A stretch of 63,677 bases of DNA, filler included. It is 6 parts of 6 records of this genome, joined end to end, with 100 filler letters (N's around TTAATTAATTAA, not from the genome) between each part and the next. Parts side by side here need not be neighbours in the genome. Positions count along the whole stretch, not along the records: positions 46,924 to 63,677 come from SRR22947725_1122; 5 more parts are not named here. One strand, written 5' to 3'. Shown here piece after piece: positions 48,059 to 59,394 of the stretch. The first letter of the stretch is position 1; each line of letters starts with the position of its first letter. Both the position numbers and the translations under genes were made by a program. The notes under the pieces were generated by a model. It saw only the letters and a list, made by a program, of their open reading frames with translations. It made no database searches and was not told the DNA's origin.

Positions 48059-48988
48059 TTAAAGTTGAGAGTCTAATTCAGGCAATGCTGTAAATAAATC
48101 TGCAACTAATCCATAATCAGCTACTTGAAAGATTGGTGCGTCTTCGTCTTTATTTATAGCAACAATTACTTTTGAATCTTTCATGCCAGCTAAATGTTGA
48201 ATAGCTCCAGAAATACCAACGGCTATATATAAATCAGGTGCAACAATTTTTCCTGTTTGTCCAACCTGGTAATCATTAGGAACAAAACCAGCATCTACTG
48301 CTGCTCTTGAGGCTCCAACAGCAGCTCCAAGCTTATCTGCAATACTATCAAGTAAATGGAAATTATCGCCTGACTGCATTCCTCTTCCACCAGAGATGAT
48401 AATGTCAGCTGCTGTGAGCTCCGGTCTATCACTTTCAGCAATCTCTTCAGATACAAATTGACTTATATTAAGTGAATCTAAGGCGCTAGTGTTAACAACT
48501 TCAATATCGGCATTATTTAGCTCAACAGCATCAAAAGCAGTTGATCTTACTGTAAGAATTTTTAATGCATCATTAGATTTTACAGTGGCAATACAACTTC
48601 CAGCATAGATAGGTCTTTTAAAAGTATCTGATGACTCAACAGAAATAATATCTGAAATTTGTTGTGAATCAGTCTTAGCAGCAATACGCGGCATTAAGTT
48701 TTTACCAAAAGTAGTTGCTGGAGCCAATATATACGAATAATCTGAAGACAATGATACGACTAATGCAGAAACATCTTCAGCTAATTGGTTTTCATACAAA
48801 GAATCATTTGAGTTAATAATCTTAGAAACACCATCAATTTTTTGACATTCGCTTATTACGCTTTCACATCCCGAACCAGCTACAAGGATGTGAATATCTC
48901 CATCAAGATTTTTTGCTGCTGCAACTGTATTTAATGTTGATCCTTTAAGATCATTATTATCATGTTCTGCTATTACTAATATGCTCAT
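48059..48988 (-). CDS. etfA: Electron transfer flavoprotein alpha subunit
   Basis: [40 protein letters not shown]. Confidence 0.96.
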   Translation of the reverse strand: MSILVIAEHDNNDLKGSTLNTVAAAKNLDGDIHILVAGSGCESVISECQKIDGVSKIINSNDSLYENQLAEDVSALVVSLSSDYSYILAPATTFGKNLMPRIAAKTDSQQISDIISVESSDTFKRPIYAGSCIATVKSNDALKILTVRSTAFDAVELNNADIEVVNTSALDSLNISQFVSEEIAESDRPELTAADIIISGGRGMQSGDNFHLLDSIADKLGAAVGASRAAVDAGFVPNDYQVGQTGKIVAPDLYIAVGISGAIQHLAGMKDSKVIVAINKDEDAPIFQVADYGLVADLFTALPELDSQL

Positions 48989-49737
48989 GAAATCACCTTC
49001 GCTTCGTTTTTAAGTTTATCTACCAGTTGATCTACTGATTCAACAATTATTCCTGCAGCTCTTGGTTCAGGTAGTTCAACCTTAAGCAATTCTGTTCTTG
49101 GAGAGACATCAATACCAGTATCTGCTAGAGGAATAATTTTTAATTCTTTCTTTTTAGCTTTCATTATATTTGGTAATGAAGCATATCTAGGCTCATTTAA
49201 TCTAAGGTCGGTTGTTACAATTGCAGGCTTAGTTAACTTTAATGTTTGAAGACCTCCATCAATTTCTCTTGTAACTGAAACTGAGCCATCTTCAACAATC
49301 AGCTCAGAGGCATTGGTTGCTTGAGGAAGATCAAGTATTGCTGCAAGCATTTGTCCAGTTTGATTGTTGTCACCATCAATTGCTTGTTTGCCAAGTATTA
49401 TTAGATCTGGGGATTCATCTTTAACGATTTTAGCTAAAACTTTTGCTAAAGCTAAAGGTTCAAGCAAGGTATCATTTTCTACTAAAATTGCTCTGTCTGC
49501 ACCTAAAGCTAACGCTGTTCTTAACTGCTCTTGTGACTGTGTCTTACCAATAGTAATTGCAATAACTTCAGAAGCATTACCGGACTCTTTAATTCTTACT
49601 GCCTCTTCTAATGCAATTTCACAAAATGGATTTACAGACATCTTTACATTATTTAAATCAACATCTGAATTATCAGAAAGAGGTCTAACTTTTACGTTAT
49701 AGTCGACCACTCGCTTAATTGGAACTAGTATTTTCAT
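48985..49737 (-). CDS. etfB: Electron transfer flavoprotein beta subunit
   Basis: [35 protein letters not shown]. Confidence 0.96.
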   Translation of the reverse strand: MKILVPIKRVVDYNVKVRPLSDNSDVDLNNVKMSVNPFCEIALEEAVRIKESGNASEVIAITIGKTQSQEQLRTALALGADRAILVENDTLLEPLALAKVLAKIVKDESPDLIILGKQAIDGDNNQTGQMLAAILDLPQATNASELIVEDGSVSVTREIDGGLQTLKLTKPAIVTTDLRLNEPRYASLPNIMKAKKKELKIIPLADTGIDVSPRTELLKVELPEPRAAGIIVESVDQLVDKLKNEAKVIS

Positions 49738-49821
49738 ATTTAACTCTTAATATAAGGGGTTTATCGGGCTATAATTGTAATGTCTTTTGTAAACATTTTA
49801 CAGTACTAAGAGAGGTTAATT

Positions 49822-51453
49822 TTGGATAGAGATATAATGGAATATGATGTAGTTGTAGTTGGTGGTGGACCCTCAGGTTTATCAACAGCAATTAGGTTTG
49901 CGCAATTGAATAAAGAAAATGGGACAAGTTATTCAATATGCCTTTTAGAAAAAGGTTCTGAGGTTGGAGCTCATATACTTTCAGGGAATGTATTTCAACC
50001 AAATGCTCTAGATGAGTTAATTCCTGATTGGAAAGAAAAAAATGCTCCATTAAATATTCCTGTGAAAAAAGATAAATTACTTTTTTTATTAAATAAATTC
50101 TCTATACCGGTCCCTGCCTTTGTGATGCCTCCAATGAATAATCATGGAAATTACGTAATAAGCCTTGGTAATCTTTGTAGGTGGTTAGCTGAACAGGCTG
50201 AAAATTTAGGAGTTGAAATATTTCCAGGTTTTCCTGCAAGTAAATTGATCTATGAAAATGATAAAGTTGTTGGAGTACAAACTGGTGACATGGGCATATC
50301 AGCTAATGGAGATATTAAACCAGGACATGAACCGGGAATTATCATTAAAGCAAAATACACTGTGTTAAGTGAAGGTTGTAGAGGTCATCTAGGTAAAGAA
50401 GTTATTAATAAATACAATCTTTCAGAAGGAAAGGATCCTCAGCACTATGGTATTGGTTTTAAAGAGGTTTGGAAGTTAAAAGAAGGAATTCACGAACCTG
50501 GATTAGTAATGCATACAAATGGATGGCCTACTCCATTTGATACGCCATCTGGATCATATCTCTATCATGGAGAAAATAATGAAGCTTATGTAGGATATGT
50601 AATCCCGCTAGATTATAAAAATCCATCCTTGAGCCCTTTTGATGAATTTCAAAAATGGAAAACTCACCCTGCTATAAAAAAATATTTAGAAGGAGGTGAA
50701 AGGCTTTCTTATGGTGCTAGAGCGCTTATTAAAGGCGGCCTTCAATCTTTACCAAAAATGCAATTTCCTGGTGGTCTTATTACTGGAGATAATGCAGGTA
50801 CTCTTAATTTTTCAAAAATAAAAGGTTCTCATACAGCAATGAAGTCAGGTTTAATTGCTGGTGATCATATTTTTGAAAATATCAATAGTGATATTCAAAC
50901 TGATATTTCATATGATGATAAGATACAAAATTCATGGATATATACTGAACTTTATAAATCTAGGAATTTCGGTCCTATATTTCACAAGTTTGGTGCTTTG
51001 TTGGGAGCTTTTTTAAATGCATTAGACCAATTTATATTTAGAGGAAAACTCCCTTTTACTTTAAATAATCCAATACCTGATCATGAGTGTCTGAAAAAAT
51101 CATCTGAAGTAACTAAAATAGAATATCCAAAACCAGATGGTATTTTTTCATTTGATAAGCTTTCTTCTGTATATTTATCGAATACGAATCATGAAGAAGA
51201 TCAACCGTGCCATTTACAGCTCAAAGACCCATCTATACCGATAGCAATAAACCTGCCTATGTATGACGAACCGGCTCAAAGATATTGTCCTGCAGGTGTC
51301 TATGAGGTTGTTAGAAAAGATGGTGAAGATAAGTTCGTTATTAATGCTCAGAATTGTGTTCATTGTAAAACATGTGACATAAAAGACCCTTCTCAAAATA
51401 TTAAATGGGTAACACCAGAGGGTCCAGGCGGTCCCAACTACCCAAATATGTAA
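49822..51453 (+). CDS. ETF-ubiquinone oxidoreductase
   Basis: VGGGPSG, GAHILSG, KIKGSH, C-terminal ferredoxin YCPAGVYE..NCVHCKTCDIKDP. Confidence 0.95.
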   Translation: MDRDIMEYDVVVVGGGPSGLSTAIRFAQLNKENGTSYSICLLEKGSEVGAHILSGNVFQPNALDELIPDWKEKNAPLNIPVKKDKLLFLLNKFSIPVPAFVMPPMNNHGNYVISLGNLCRWLAEQAENLGVEIFPGFPASKLIYENDKVVGVQTGDMGISANGDIKPGHEPGIIIKAKYTVLSEGCRGHLGKEVINKYNLSEGKDPQHYGIGFKEVWKLKEGIHEPGLVMHTNGWPTPFDTPSGSYLYHGENNEAYVGYVIPLDYKNPSLSPFDEFQKWKTHPAIKKYLEGGERLSYGARALIKGGLQSLPKMQFPGGLITGDNAGTLNFSKIKGSHTAMKSGLIAGDHIFENINSDIQTDISYDDKIQNSWIYTELYKSRNFGPIFHKFGALLGAFLNALDQFIFRGKLPFTLNNPIPDHECLKKSSEVTKIEYPKPDGIFSFDKLSSVYLSNTNHEEDQPCHLQLKDPSIPIAINLPMYDEPAQRYCPAGVYEVVRKDGEDKFVINAQNCVHCKTCDIKDPSQNIKWVTPEGPGGPNYPNM

Positions 51454-51491
51454 TTGAATATCATCTTCATTAAGTTCATTGGAGAATAAAT

Positions 51492-53264
51492 ATGAAAAAT
51501 AACAAAGCCTTAACCTTAATAATAATTATTACATGCATTAACTTATTGTTATGGACTACATCTAAAAATGCTAAAGATGGCTCAGTGGTTGATATAGATT
51601 TTAAGAATTACTTAGCGGCATCTTGGGAAAGCGGACTGGCAGATTCTCCCATATATGCGACGATGCTTGGTGATAAAAGATTCAATAAAGAGATTGTTTC
51701 TAATTCAGCTGATGAGATAGAAAAAAGGAAGCTTAAAGCCATAGATTCATATGCAGAGTTTAAAGCTTTTAATATTGAAGATTTATCAGAAGCTAATAAA
51801 TTAAATTACATGATCTTAGATCAAGATTTTAGACATGCTGTAGAATCTAATAAGTACCCTTCTCACTTCATGAACTTAAATCAAAGAGGAGGAATTCAAT
51901 CATTCTATGAAACTGGATCAAGAATGGTGTTTAGTTCTTATCAAGATTATAAAGATTGGTTAATAAGATTAAATAAATATTCATCAAATGTTAAAAATGC
52001 TAACGATAACTATCAAAAAGGTTTAGAGCTTGGTTATACTCAGCCTAAGCATATAACCACATATGTTCTTGAGCAAATAGAATCAATGGTAGCGGAAGAA
52101 ATTACCAATAATCCTTACTTAAAAGTTTTTAAAGAGGCTTCATTAGAAGTAATAACTGAAGAACAGAAAAATGAGTTAGTGCTAGAAGCAAGAGAGTTGA
52201 TTGAAAACTCATTGAATCCTGCTTACTCTGATTTAGCAAAATTTTTAAAGACTGAGTACATTCCTAACTCTAGAAATTCTATAGGACTTAAAGATGTCCC
52301 AAATGGTAGTGAATGGTATGAATATTTGGCTAGATACCACACAACAACTAATTTAACTCCAGATGAGATACATGAAATTGGTTTAAAAGAAATCAAAAGG
52401 ATACGCTCTGAAATGGAAGAAATAATTGCTTCTGTAAAATGGGATGGAGATTTTAATTCTTTCTTGAATTTCCTGAGAACTGATAAACGTTTCTATTATG
52501 ATAATGCGGAAGATTTATTTGATGCTTATTTAATAATGTCTAAAAAAATTGATCCATTATTACCAATGATTTTTAAAGACTTTCAAAAAGCTCCCTACGG
52601 TGTAACGGAGATACCAAAGGAATCAGCTCCATATACAACTACTGCTTATTACAACCCACCAAGCAAAGGTAGGCCTGGTTATTACTATGTTAATCTATAC
52701 AAACCTGAATCAAGACCCAAGTATGAGATACCTGTCTTAAGTGTTCATGAAGCAGTGCCAGGACATCATTTTCAAATATCTATTGCGCAAGAGATGGAAA
52801 ATGTTCCAGAATTTAGAAAACACCAATCTTTTACATCTTTTGTTGAGGGTTGGGCTTTGTATAGTGAAGAGTTAGGAGAACATATGGGGCTTTATGATGA
52901 TCCCTATGATAAATTTGGTCAGCTAACTTATGATATGTGGAGAGCAATTAGGTTAGTTGTAGATACTGGCATGCACTATAAAGATTGGACAAGGGATGAT
53001 GCAATCAACTTATTTGTAAACAATACAGCAAAATCCATCTTAGATATAGAAAATGAAGTTGATAGATATATAGCATGGCCGGGACAGGCTTTGGCTTACA
53101 AAATTGGACAATTAAAAATTCTTGAACTTAGGTCAAAAGCTGAAACTGAATTAGGTGAAAAATATGATATTAAGGATTTCCATTACGAAGTTCTTAAAAG
53201 AGGATCAGTGCCGTTATCTGTTTTAGAAACTTATATTAATGAATGGATAGAGTCTGAGAAATAG
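51492..53264 (+). CDS. DUF885-family exported protein (putative metallopeptidase)
   Basis: HEAVPGHHFQ, EGWALYSE, RLVVDTGMH, EVDRYIAWPGQALAYKIG. Confidence 0.88.
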   Translation: MKNNKALTLIIIITCINLLLWTTSKNAKDGSVVDIDFKNYLAASWESGLADSPIYATMLGDKRFNKEIVSNSADEIEKRKLKAIDSYAEFKAFNIEDLSEANKLNYMILDQDFRHAVESNKYPSHFMNLNQRGGIQSFYETGSRMVFSSYQDYKDWLIRLNKYSSNVKNANDNYQKGLELGYTQPKHITTYVLEQIESMVAEEITNNPYLKVFKEASLEVITEEQKNELVLEARELIENSLNPAYSDLAKFLKTEYIPNSRNSIGLKDVPNGSEWYEYLARYHTTTNLTPDEIHEIGLKEIKRIRSEMEEIIASVKWDGDFNSFLNFLRTDKRFYYDNAEDLFDAYLIMSKKIDPLLPMIFKDFQKAPYGVTEIPKESAPYTTTAYYNPPSKGRPGYYYVNLYKPESRPKYEIPVLSVHEAVPGHHFQISIAQEMENVPEFRKHQSFTSFVEGWALYSEELGEHMGLYDDPYDKFGQLTYDMWRAIRLVVDTGMHYKDWTRDDAINLFVNNTAKSILDIENEVDRYIAWPGQALAYKIGQLKILELRSKAETELGEKYDIKDFHYEVLKRGSVPLSVLETYINEWIESEK

Positions 53265-53405
53265 TTATTTTTTTTGTTTGCATTTGTTACTGCAATAAAT
53301 AACATTAGCCCAGTCTCTTTCCCATTTTTTTCGCCATACAAAATCTAATTTACAAACTGGACAAGTCTTTTTCGGTAAATTAGATTTTTTAATTGGTTTT
53401 GCCAA
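53265..53405 (-). CDS. DUF2256-like small Cys-rich protein
   Basis: [25 protein letters not shown]; probable TTG start at 53405. Confidence 0.75.
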   Translation of the reverse strand: MAKPIKKSNLPKKTCPVCKLDFVWRKKWERDWANVIYCSNKCKQKK

Positions 53406-53931
53406 CAGGTATTTCCGCTTTAAAAGAATTGATATAAAGAATATTATTTTTAACAAAGCCCTCATTGGTAGCAAAGTTTAGAAAACGATAATATGTACTT
53501 CTATTAAGGAAACCTTCGATATTATCTGGCCTTACAAGAACAATTGGTAAGTCAACAGACTCAAACTCTTTTAGGTAAACGCTATGTTTGGAATCTAGCT
53601 TAAATGAATAATCAAAATTTGTATGAAGTAATATATTTTTATTTGCATCAATATCAAAATCATTAATTACATAAGGTGCTATTTCAACCCTCACAGGAAC
53701 TTTCTCTGCTGGTGTTACAAGAAAATAATTACCGTTATCATTTCTTAAAACTTTAGAAAAGAGTTTTACAATCTTCTTATTTTTAATAAGAGAACCATTA
53801 TAAAACCAGTTACCATTTCTATCTATATGCATCTCTTGACCAATACATAGATCAGGATTCCAGGAATTAACTGGTGGGAATACATCGTCACTAAAATCTT
53901 TAATATCTTTGCTGAGTTTAGAAATATTCAT
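53389..53931 (-). CDS. DUF1285-like protein
   Basis: [35 protein letters not shown]. Confidence 0.8.
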   Translation of the reverse strand: MNISKLSKDIKDFSDDVFPPVNSWNPDLCIGQEMHIDRNGNWFYNGSLIKNKKIVKLFSKVLRNDNGNYFLVTPAEKVPVRVEIAPYVINDFDIDANKNILLHTNFDYSFKLDSKHSVYLKEFESVDLPIVLVRPDNIEGFLNRSTYYRFLNFATNEGFVKNNILYINSFKAEIPVGKTN

Positions 53932-54517
53932 AAATTGAAGTAAAGATTATATATAGCCCTATTAAAGAGAGAATTAAAGAAAATAATGATTTAATAAAAA
54001 AATTATTATATATATTTACATATTTAAATTTGCTTGAGGTAAGTATTAGGCTTAGTAAAGAAAACCAAACAGCTGTAGTTAATGAAAAGTATATAGGGTA
54101 AAGATAAAAATAAATTCCATCTAGACTCTCTATGAGAATAGTAAATAAACTTACAAAAAAGATAAAAGCCTTTACGTTGAATAAATTTGTAATCAGTCCG
54201 ACCATAAAATTATTTTGTGAATTTTGATCAGTATTAATTGTTTCTGTATTTAAAAGAAACATAGATACGCCTATATAGAAAATATAAGAACCACCAATAA
54301 TACTGATTAATATTTTCAATGCTGGATAATTTAAAATTATCAAAGAAATACCACTCACAGCTAATATACAATGAATAAAAATACCTAACCCTATTCCAAG
54401 TGCGGTGAATATTCCTGACTTCCTTCCATGAGTTGAGCATTGCTTTATGATTATTGCAGTGTCAGGACCTGGGCTTGTCAAAGCAATAAAATAGGCTATA
54501 GATGAAGATAAAAACAT
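53918..54517 (-). CDS. LysE/RhtB-family exporter
   Basis: TSPGPD, G..TALGIGLG, GLITNLFNVKA. Confidence 0.82.
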   Translation of the reverse strand: MFLSSSIAYFIALTSPGPDTAIIIKQCSTHGRKSGIFTALGIGLGIFIHCILAVSGISLIILNYPALKILISIIGGSYIFYIGVSMFLLNTETINTDQNSQNNFMVGLITNLFNVKAFIFFVSLFTILIESLDGIYFYLYPIYFSLTTAVWFSLLSLILTSSKFKYVNIYNNFFIKSLFSLILSLIGLYIIFTSIYEYF

Positions 54518-55513
54518 TTAACTAATAACTCTTGGTTCAATTTCTAAATTTATATTAAAGAAATATTTAACTTTGGATTGAATTGCTTCAGCAAAGTTTA
54601 ATACATTTTGTTGAGTTGCATTTCCATTTGTTGTTAATACTAAATTATGTCGTTTAGATAAAAAAACATTTTTATTTTCCGGAAGTTCATTCTTTATTAG
54701 CTGAATCAGCCTAGCAGCTCCAACTTTAACTAAGCCATTTTCAAGCTCCCAGATAATTAAATCAGACAAACTGTAATAGTCTGTATTGATTGTATTAACA
54801 TCAATTATTGGATTTTTAAAAAAACTACCAACATTTGGTTCTATTTTTGGATTTGGAAGAATATCTAGTCTAATTTGAGAAACTAATTTTGCTATTATTT
54901 TTGGGCTAAGAAATTTTTTATCAAGACGCAGTTCATTTACTTTATCTAGCAAGGATTTATATGTAAGACTCAATTTTTTATCAAGATTTGATTTAAATTC
55001 TATATGTGTAATTATCTTAGCCGATTCTTTAAAAAGAGAATCTCTATATCCAAAATTACATTCATCAGAACTTAAGGAATTAAAAGATCCTACCTGTAAA
55101 TCAAAAAAATAAACTTTATAAATTAAAGGCTCTACATCCACTCCATAAGCTCCGATATTTTGGATAGGCGCTGCTCCAACTGAGCCAGGAATTAATGACA
55201 GATTTTCAAAACCATATATATCATTCATGACAGCATATTGAACTAAATCATTCCAGTTAACAGATGACCCTGCTCGAATTAAATCTGACTTTCTTTCAAT
55301 TGATTTAAAATTTAATGAAACTACTAACCCCTTATATCTATCAGGAGGAATAATATTGGTGCCCTCTCCTAAAATAAAGTAATCAATTTTTTTAGATTCA
55401 ATAAAATCGTGAAGGGTCTGGAGCTCACTAAGATTATTAACGGTAACGCCATAATCAGAAACAGAGTGAATTTGTAATGAATTATGGATCCTATAATTCT
55501 CTTCAATCTTCAT
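54518..55513 (-). CDS. murB: UDP-N-acetylenolpyruvoylglucosamine reductase
   Basis: LGEGTN, ENLSLIPGSVGAAPIQNIGAYG, FGYRDS, GSFFKNP, LEIEP; start re-called at 55513. Confidence 0.92.
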   Translation of the reverse strand: MKIEENYRIHNSLQIHSVSDYGVTVNNLSELQTLHDFIESKKIDYFILGEGTNIIPPDRYKGLVVSLNFKSIERKSDLIRAGSSVNWNDLVQYAVMNDIYGFENLSLIPGSVGAAPIQNIGAYGVDVEPLIYKVYFFDLQVGSFNSLSSDECNFGYRDSLFKESAKIITHIEFKSNLDKKLSLTYKSLLDKVNELRLDKKFLSPKIIAKLVSQIRLDILPNPKIEPNVGSFFKNPIIDVNTINTDYYSLSDLIIWELENGLVKVGAARLIQLIKNELPENKNVFLSKRHNLVLTTNGNATQQNVLNFAEAIQSKVKYFFNINLEIEPRVIS

Positions 55514-56228
55514 TGTTGATATATTTAATTGCAGATTGAACATCATCCTTTGTATCAATTCCTGGTGGAATATTAATATCAAATTTTGATATATGGATTT
55601 TAAAACCATTATCAAGAAATCGAAGTTGTTCTAATTTCCTTTCAATTTCATTGGGAGTAGGCTTTAGTTCAATTAGTTTTCTTAAAATAGCCATAGAATA
55701 TCCATATATTCCAATATGTTGGTAGTATTGAGTCCCATCAACGTAGTCTATATTTCTTAAAAAATCTACAGCACATGATTGATCATCAATAATTGCTTTT
55801 ACGCAGTTAGGGTCAGTAATAAGCGATCTTTTAGTTATCCTATGTGCAGCGGTTACAATTTGTGAGGTATTTTTTTTATACGTCTCGATTAATCCATTAA
55901 CAACCTCTATAGGCATAAATGGCTCATCGCCTTGTAAGTTTATAATTAAAGCATCATCTTCTAGCTCTAGCTTTTCAGCTGCCTCATATACCCTATCAGT
56001 TCCGGATATATGATTAGGACTTGTAAGAATGACATCAGATGTTAAAGGTTTTATATGTTCTTTGATAATGACTGAATCTGTAGCAATATAAACTTTAGTA
56101 GAGGTTAACAAAGCATTCTCATAAACCCTTTGTATTAATGATTTTCCAGAAATATCAACTAAAGGTTTATTTATAAGTCTAGTTGAGCCTATTCTAGAAG
56201 GTATGATTATAAATGTATTTAAAGACAT
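55503..56228 (-). CDS. kdsB: 3-deoxy-manno-octulosonate cytidylyltransferase
   Basis: IPSRIGSTRL.NKPL, SGTDR, NLQGDEP, HIGIYGY, LEQLR. Confidence 0.93.
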   Translation of the reverse strand: MSLNTFIIIPSRIGSTRLINKPLVDISGKSLIQRVYENALLTSTKVYIATDSVIIKEHIKPLTSDVILTSPNHISGTDRVYEAAEKLELEDDALIINLQGDEPFMPIEVVNGLIETYKKNTSQIVTAAHRITKRSLITDPNCVKAIIDDQSCAVDFLRNIDYVDGTQYYQHIGIYGYSMAILRKLIELKPTPNEIERKLEQLRFLDNGFKIHISKFDINIPPGIDTKDDVQSAIKYINNED

Positions 56229-56230
56229 CT

Positions 56231-58993
56231 TTAATTAGGTAGTTTTTTTAACCTTTGATCTAATTCATTAATAAATTGATTGGAAAGATCTGCATCAACG
56301 GTTAAGTACCAAATTTTATTATTATTAAAATGCTTGCATTTAGATGCATCTTTTTCAGTCATTAATATTGGATGATGATCTAAGAAATGTAAATCAGTTG
56401 TTGCGTATTTATGATGGTCAGGGAAAGGATGTTTAGTAAGATCAAAGCCTAATCTGCTGAGGGTATCAAAGAATCTTCCAGGATTGCCCAAGCCGGCCAC
56501 AGCATGAACTTCTTTATGCATCGGCCATTGGTCAATTGGGTATGACTTACCGCTATTTAAATGGACAAATCTAGAAGGACTAATGTTCATTAAGATTTCG
56601 GTTCCTTCTGTAGGACCACTATTATTTACAATAAAATCAGCGTCCTTTAATCTTTTTTTAGATTCTCTTAGGGGTCCTGCAGGAAATACTAGATTATTTC
56701 CAAACCTTCTCTTACCATCAATGACAATAATTTCTATATCTCGTTTTAAATTATAATGCTGCAAGCCATCATCAGTAATGATTACGTCGCAATCATGTTT
56801 TGAAATAAGAGTCTCAACAGCCCTTACTCTATCTCTATCAATATAAAATGGAAGTTCTAATTTTGAAAGAATTTGAGCCTCATCTCCAGTTGCTTTTACA
56901 GGAGAATCTAGTTCAACTTTCATTGTTTTTTTATAATTACCTCCATATCCTCTACTTACCAATCCCGGCTTGTAACCTAAATCTTTTAACTTAGAAGCAA
57001 TATATTTTACAAGAGGGGTTTTTCCAGTGCCTCCTATGGTTAAATTTCCAACTATAATTACTGGAATATTTTTTTTAAGAGTTGGTAAGTTTTTTAGATA
57101 TTTATTTCTTCTTCTATTTGTTAAATATTGTATGACTATGGAGAATGGGTAAAGAAGATATAACCATATACTTTTTTTATACCAACTATCAACTACAAAA
57201 CTAGATGACTCTTGGTTGTTGTATTCAGGAACATAAAGTTGTTTTGATTTTGATAAATTAGGTGTTTTAGGTCCATCATCTTCAAATTTATTTTTATAAA
57301 GAGATTTATAAAGACCATCAAGTTCAATCAACTCATCATGGGTGCCTGTTTCAGATATCATACCTTCATCTAAAACAATAATTTTAGATGCATTCTCAAT
57401 AGTTGATAATCTATGAGCAATTACAATGGTTGTTCTATTGGTAATTAATTTTTCTAAAGCCTCTTGAACAACTAATTCAGATTCACTATCTAACGCAGAA
57501 GTTGCTTCGTCTAAAATAATAATAGGAGAGTCTTTGTAAAAAGCTCTGGCAATAGCCAACCTTTGCCTCTGACCTCCAGACAATAGAACGCCATCATCAC
57601 CTATCTCAGACTCATAATTTTCAGGAAGATTATTTATAAAATCTGAACATCCAGCTAATTTTGCTGATTCAATTAGCTTGTCCTTATCTATGGCACCCTC
57701 ACCATAAGCGATATTTTTTGCAATTGTATCGTTAAAAAGTGTTGGGGACTGATTAACTATAGATATCGAGTCTCTTAGATGAGTTAACGAGTAATCTTTA
57801 ATAGATATCCCATCAATCATAATCTCACCAGATGAATGGTCATAAAATCGAGGTATTAAATTTGCAATAGTAGATTTTCCAGATCCAGATCTACCAACAA
57901 TAGCTACAGTATCGTGTTTGTTTATATGAAAACTTATATTCGAAAGAATTTGACCACCAGTATCATAAGAAAAAGAAACATCATTAAAATCAATTACTCC
58001 ATCTAATCTGCTATCCACTTCACCAGAATTATTTTCATTTTTCTCATCCAATTGTTCAAATATTTCATTAGCTGCAGCTAGGCCTTTTTGAACAATAATA
58101 TTTATATTTGATAATTGCCTTACAGGTTTGGCCATCAAACCTGCTGCAGTGAAGAATGCTACAAAAGTTTCTGCATCCAAACTAATTCCTAATTGCGATC
58201 CAAGCGCAAAGTAAGCAACAAGCGAAAGAGAAACTGAAACTAGAATCTGAATAATTGGAGTTGCTAAATTTCCTGTGGCCTCTAGTTTAAGATTTTGGTT
58301 TTTATTTGATGAATTTGCTTCTAAAAATCTCTTGTTCTCATAATCTTGTGCATTGAATGATTTGATTTCCAAATGACCATCTACTGCTTCAGAGGCAATA
58401 TGGGTGACATCACCCATAGCAGTTTGTATTTTCTTTGCTAATTTTTTTAAACGCTTGCCAGCAATATATACAATAAGTGCAATCAACGGGATGGTCACAA
58501 CCAACAATAAAGTTAATTTAAAATTAAGGTAGGACATGTATATAAACAAGCCAACAAGAAGAAAGCCCTCTCTTACAAATGTTTTTACAGCACTTGAAGC
58601 TGCAGCTGAAACTTGGGTAGTTGTAAATGTTATTCTATTGATCAACTGTCCTGATTGATTTGAGTCAAAGTAGGATTTTGGCAGGTCATGTAATTTTTGG
58701 AAGAGCTCAGCCCTTAGGTCATGAACGATCCCAAAACCAACCCTAGACATGAAATAGTTTCCAATAAAAAATCCAAGACCCCTACCAAACGCAATTCCAA
58801 TAAGTGATAAAGCTAAAAGGGTATGAAGACCTGATTCTTCTGCATTTATAAAGCTAATTATCCTCCTAATCCACTCCACGGCTGCAATGTCAGCAAAAGC
58901 GAAAAGAATAAAGCCTATTACACTTGTTAAAAAGGACCATTTGTATCTAAACGTGTAAGAAAGCAATCTTCTAAAACTATTATTCTTTTTCAT
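56231..58993 (-). CDS. msbA-lpxK: Fused lipid A flippase MsbA (aa ~1-570) and tetraacyldisaccharide 4'-kinase LpxK (aa ~600-920)
   Basis: ABC TM domain plus NBD (GRSGSGKST, LSGGQ, DEATSALD), an ~30-aa linker with no stop, then LpxK motifs VGNLTIGGTGKTP, SRGYGG, GDE, DDGLQH, PAGPLRE, FPDHH, TEKD. Confidence 0.92.
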   Translation of the reverse strand: MKKNNSFRRLLSYTFRYKWSFLTSVIGFILFAFADIAAVEWIRRIISFINAEESGLHTLLALSLIGIAFGRGLGFFIGNYFMSRVGFGIVHDLRAELFQKLHDLPKSYFDSNQSGQLINRITFTTTQVSAAASSAVKTFVREGFLLVGLFIYMSYLNFKLTLLLVVTIPLIALIVYIAGKRLKKLAKKIQTAMGDVTHIASEAVDGHLEIKSFNAQDYENKRFLEANSSNKNQNLKLEATGNLATPIIQILVSVSLSLVAYFALGSQLGISLDAETFVAFFTAAGLMAKPVRQLSNINIIVQKGLAAANEIFEQLDEKNENNSGEVDSRLDGVIDFNDVSFSYDTGGQILSNISFHINKHDTVAIVGRSGSGKSTIANLIPRFYDHSSGEIMIDGISIKDYSLTHLRDSISIVNQSPTLFNDTIAKNIAYGEGAIDKDKLIESAKLAGCSDFINNLPENYESEIGDDGVLLSGGQRQRLAIARAFYKDSPIIILDEATSALDSESELVVQEALEKLITNRTTIVIAHRLSTIENASKIIVLDEGMISETGTHDELIELDGLYKSLYKNKFEDDGPKTPNLSKSKQLYVPEYNNQESSSFVVDSWYKKSIWLYLLYPFSIVIQYLTNRRRNKYLKNLPTLKKNIPVIIVGNLTIGGTGKTPLVKYIASKLKDLGYKPGLVSRGYGGNYKKTMKVELDSPVKATGDEAQILSKLELPFYIDRDRVRAVETLISKHDCDVIITDDGLQHYNLKRDIEIIVIDGKRRFGNNLVFPAGPLRESKKRLKDADFIVNNSGPTEGTEILMNISPSRFVHLNSGKSYPIDQWPMHKEVHAVAGLGNPGRFFDTLSRLGFDLTKHPFPDHHKYATTDLHFLDHHPILMTEKDASKCKHFNNNKIWYLTVDADLSNQFINELDQRLKKLPN

Positions 58994-59394
58994 AATCTTA
59001 TTGTTCTAATCTGAACCTCTGAATATCCATTTTTATTTAATATATCCATCAGCTCCACAACCCATTGATGGTATGCATCCTCCTCTGCACTAAGTATAAC
59101 TTTATCAAGTGTGCTATCTAAACTAAAAACTAGCTCATTAATTAACTGCCTGTCTGAAATTGGTGCAGTTATTCCATTAATTAAGACCGTTCCATTAGAT
59201 AAAATTGAAACTTCATTCTGTTCTTGGGCAGTATTTGATGAAAATGATTCAGTTTTAGGTAGCTCTAGAGAAAGAAATTGTGAATCGCCAACCTTTGAGG
59301 TTACTACAAAAAATATAACAAGAAGAAAGACTATGTCTATCAGCGGTGTTATTTCTATAGAAAAATTAGAATTATTTGATTTAATAAATTTCAT
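58990..59394 (-). CDS. exbD: ExbD/TolR-family protein
   Basis: ITPLIDIVFLLVIFF. Confidence 0.88.
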   Translation of the reverse strand: MKFIKSNNSNFSIEITPLIDIVFLLVIFFVVTSKVGDSQFLSLELPKTESFSSNTAQEQNEVSILSNGTVLINGITAPISDRQLINELVFSLDSTLDKVILSAEEDAYHQWVVELMDILNKNGYSEVQIRTIRL

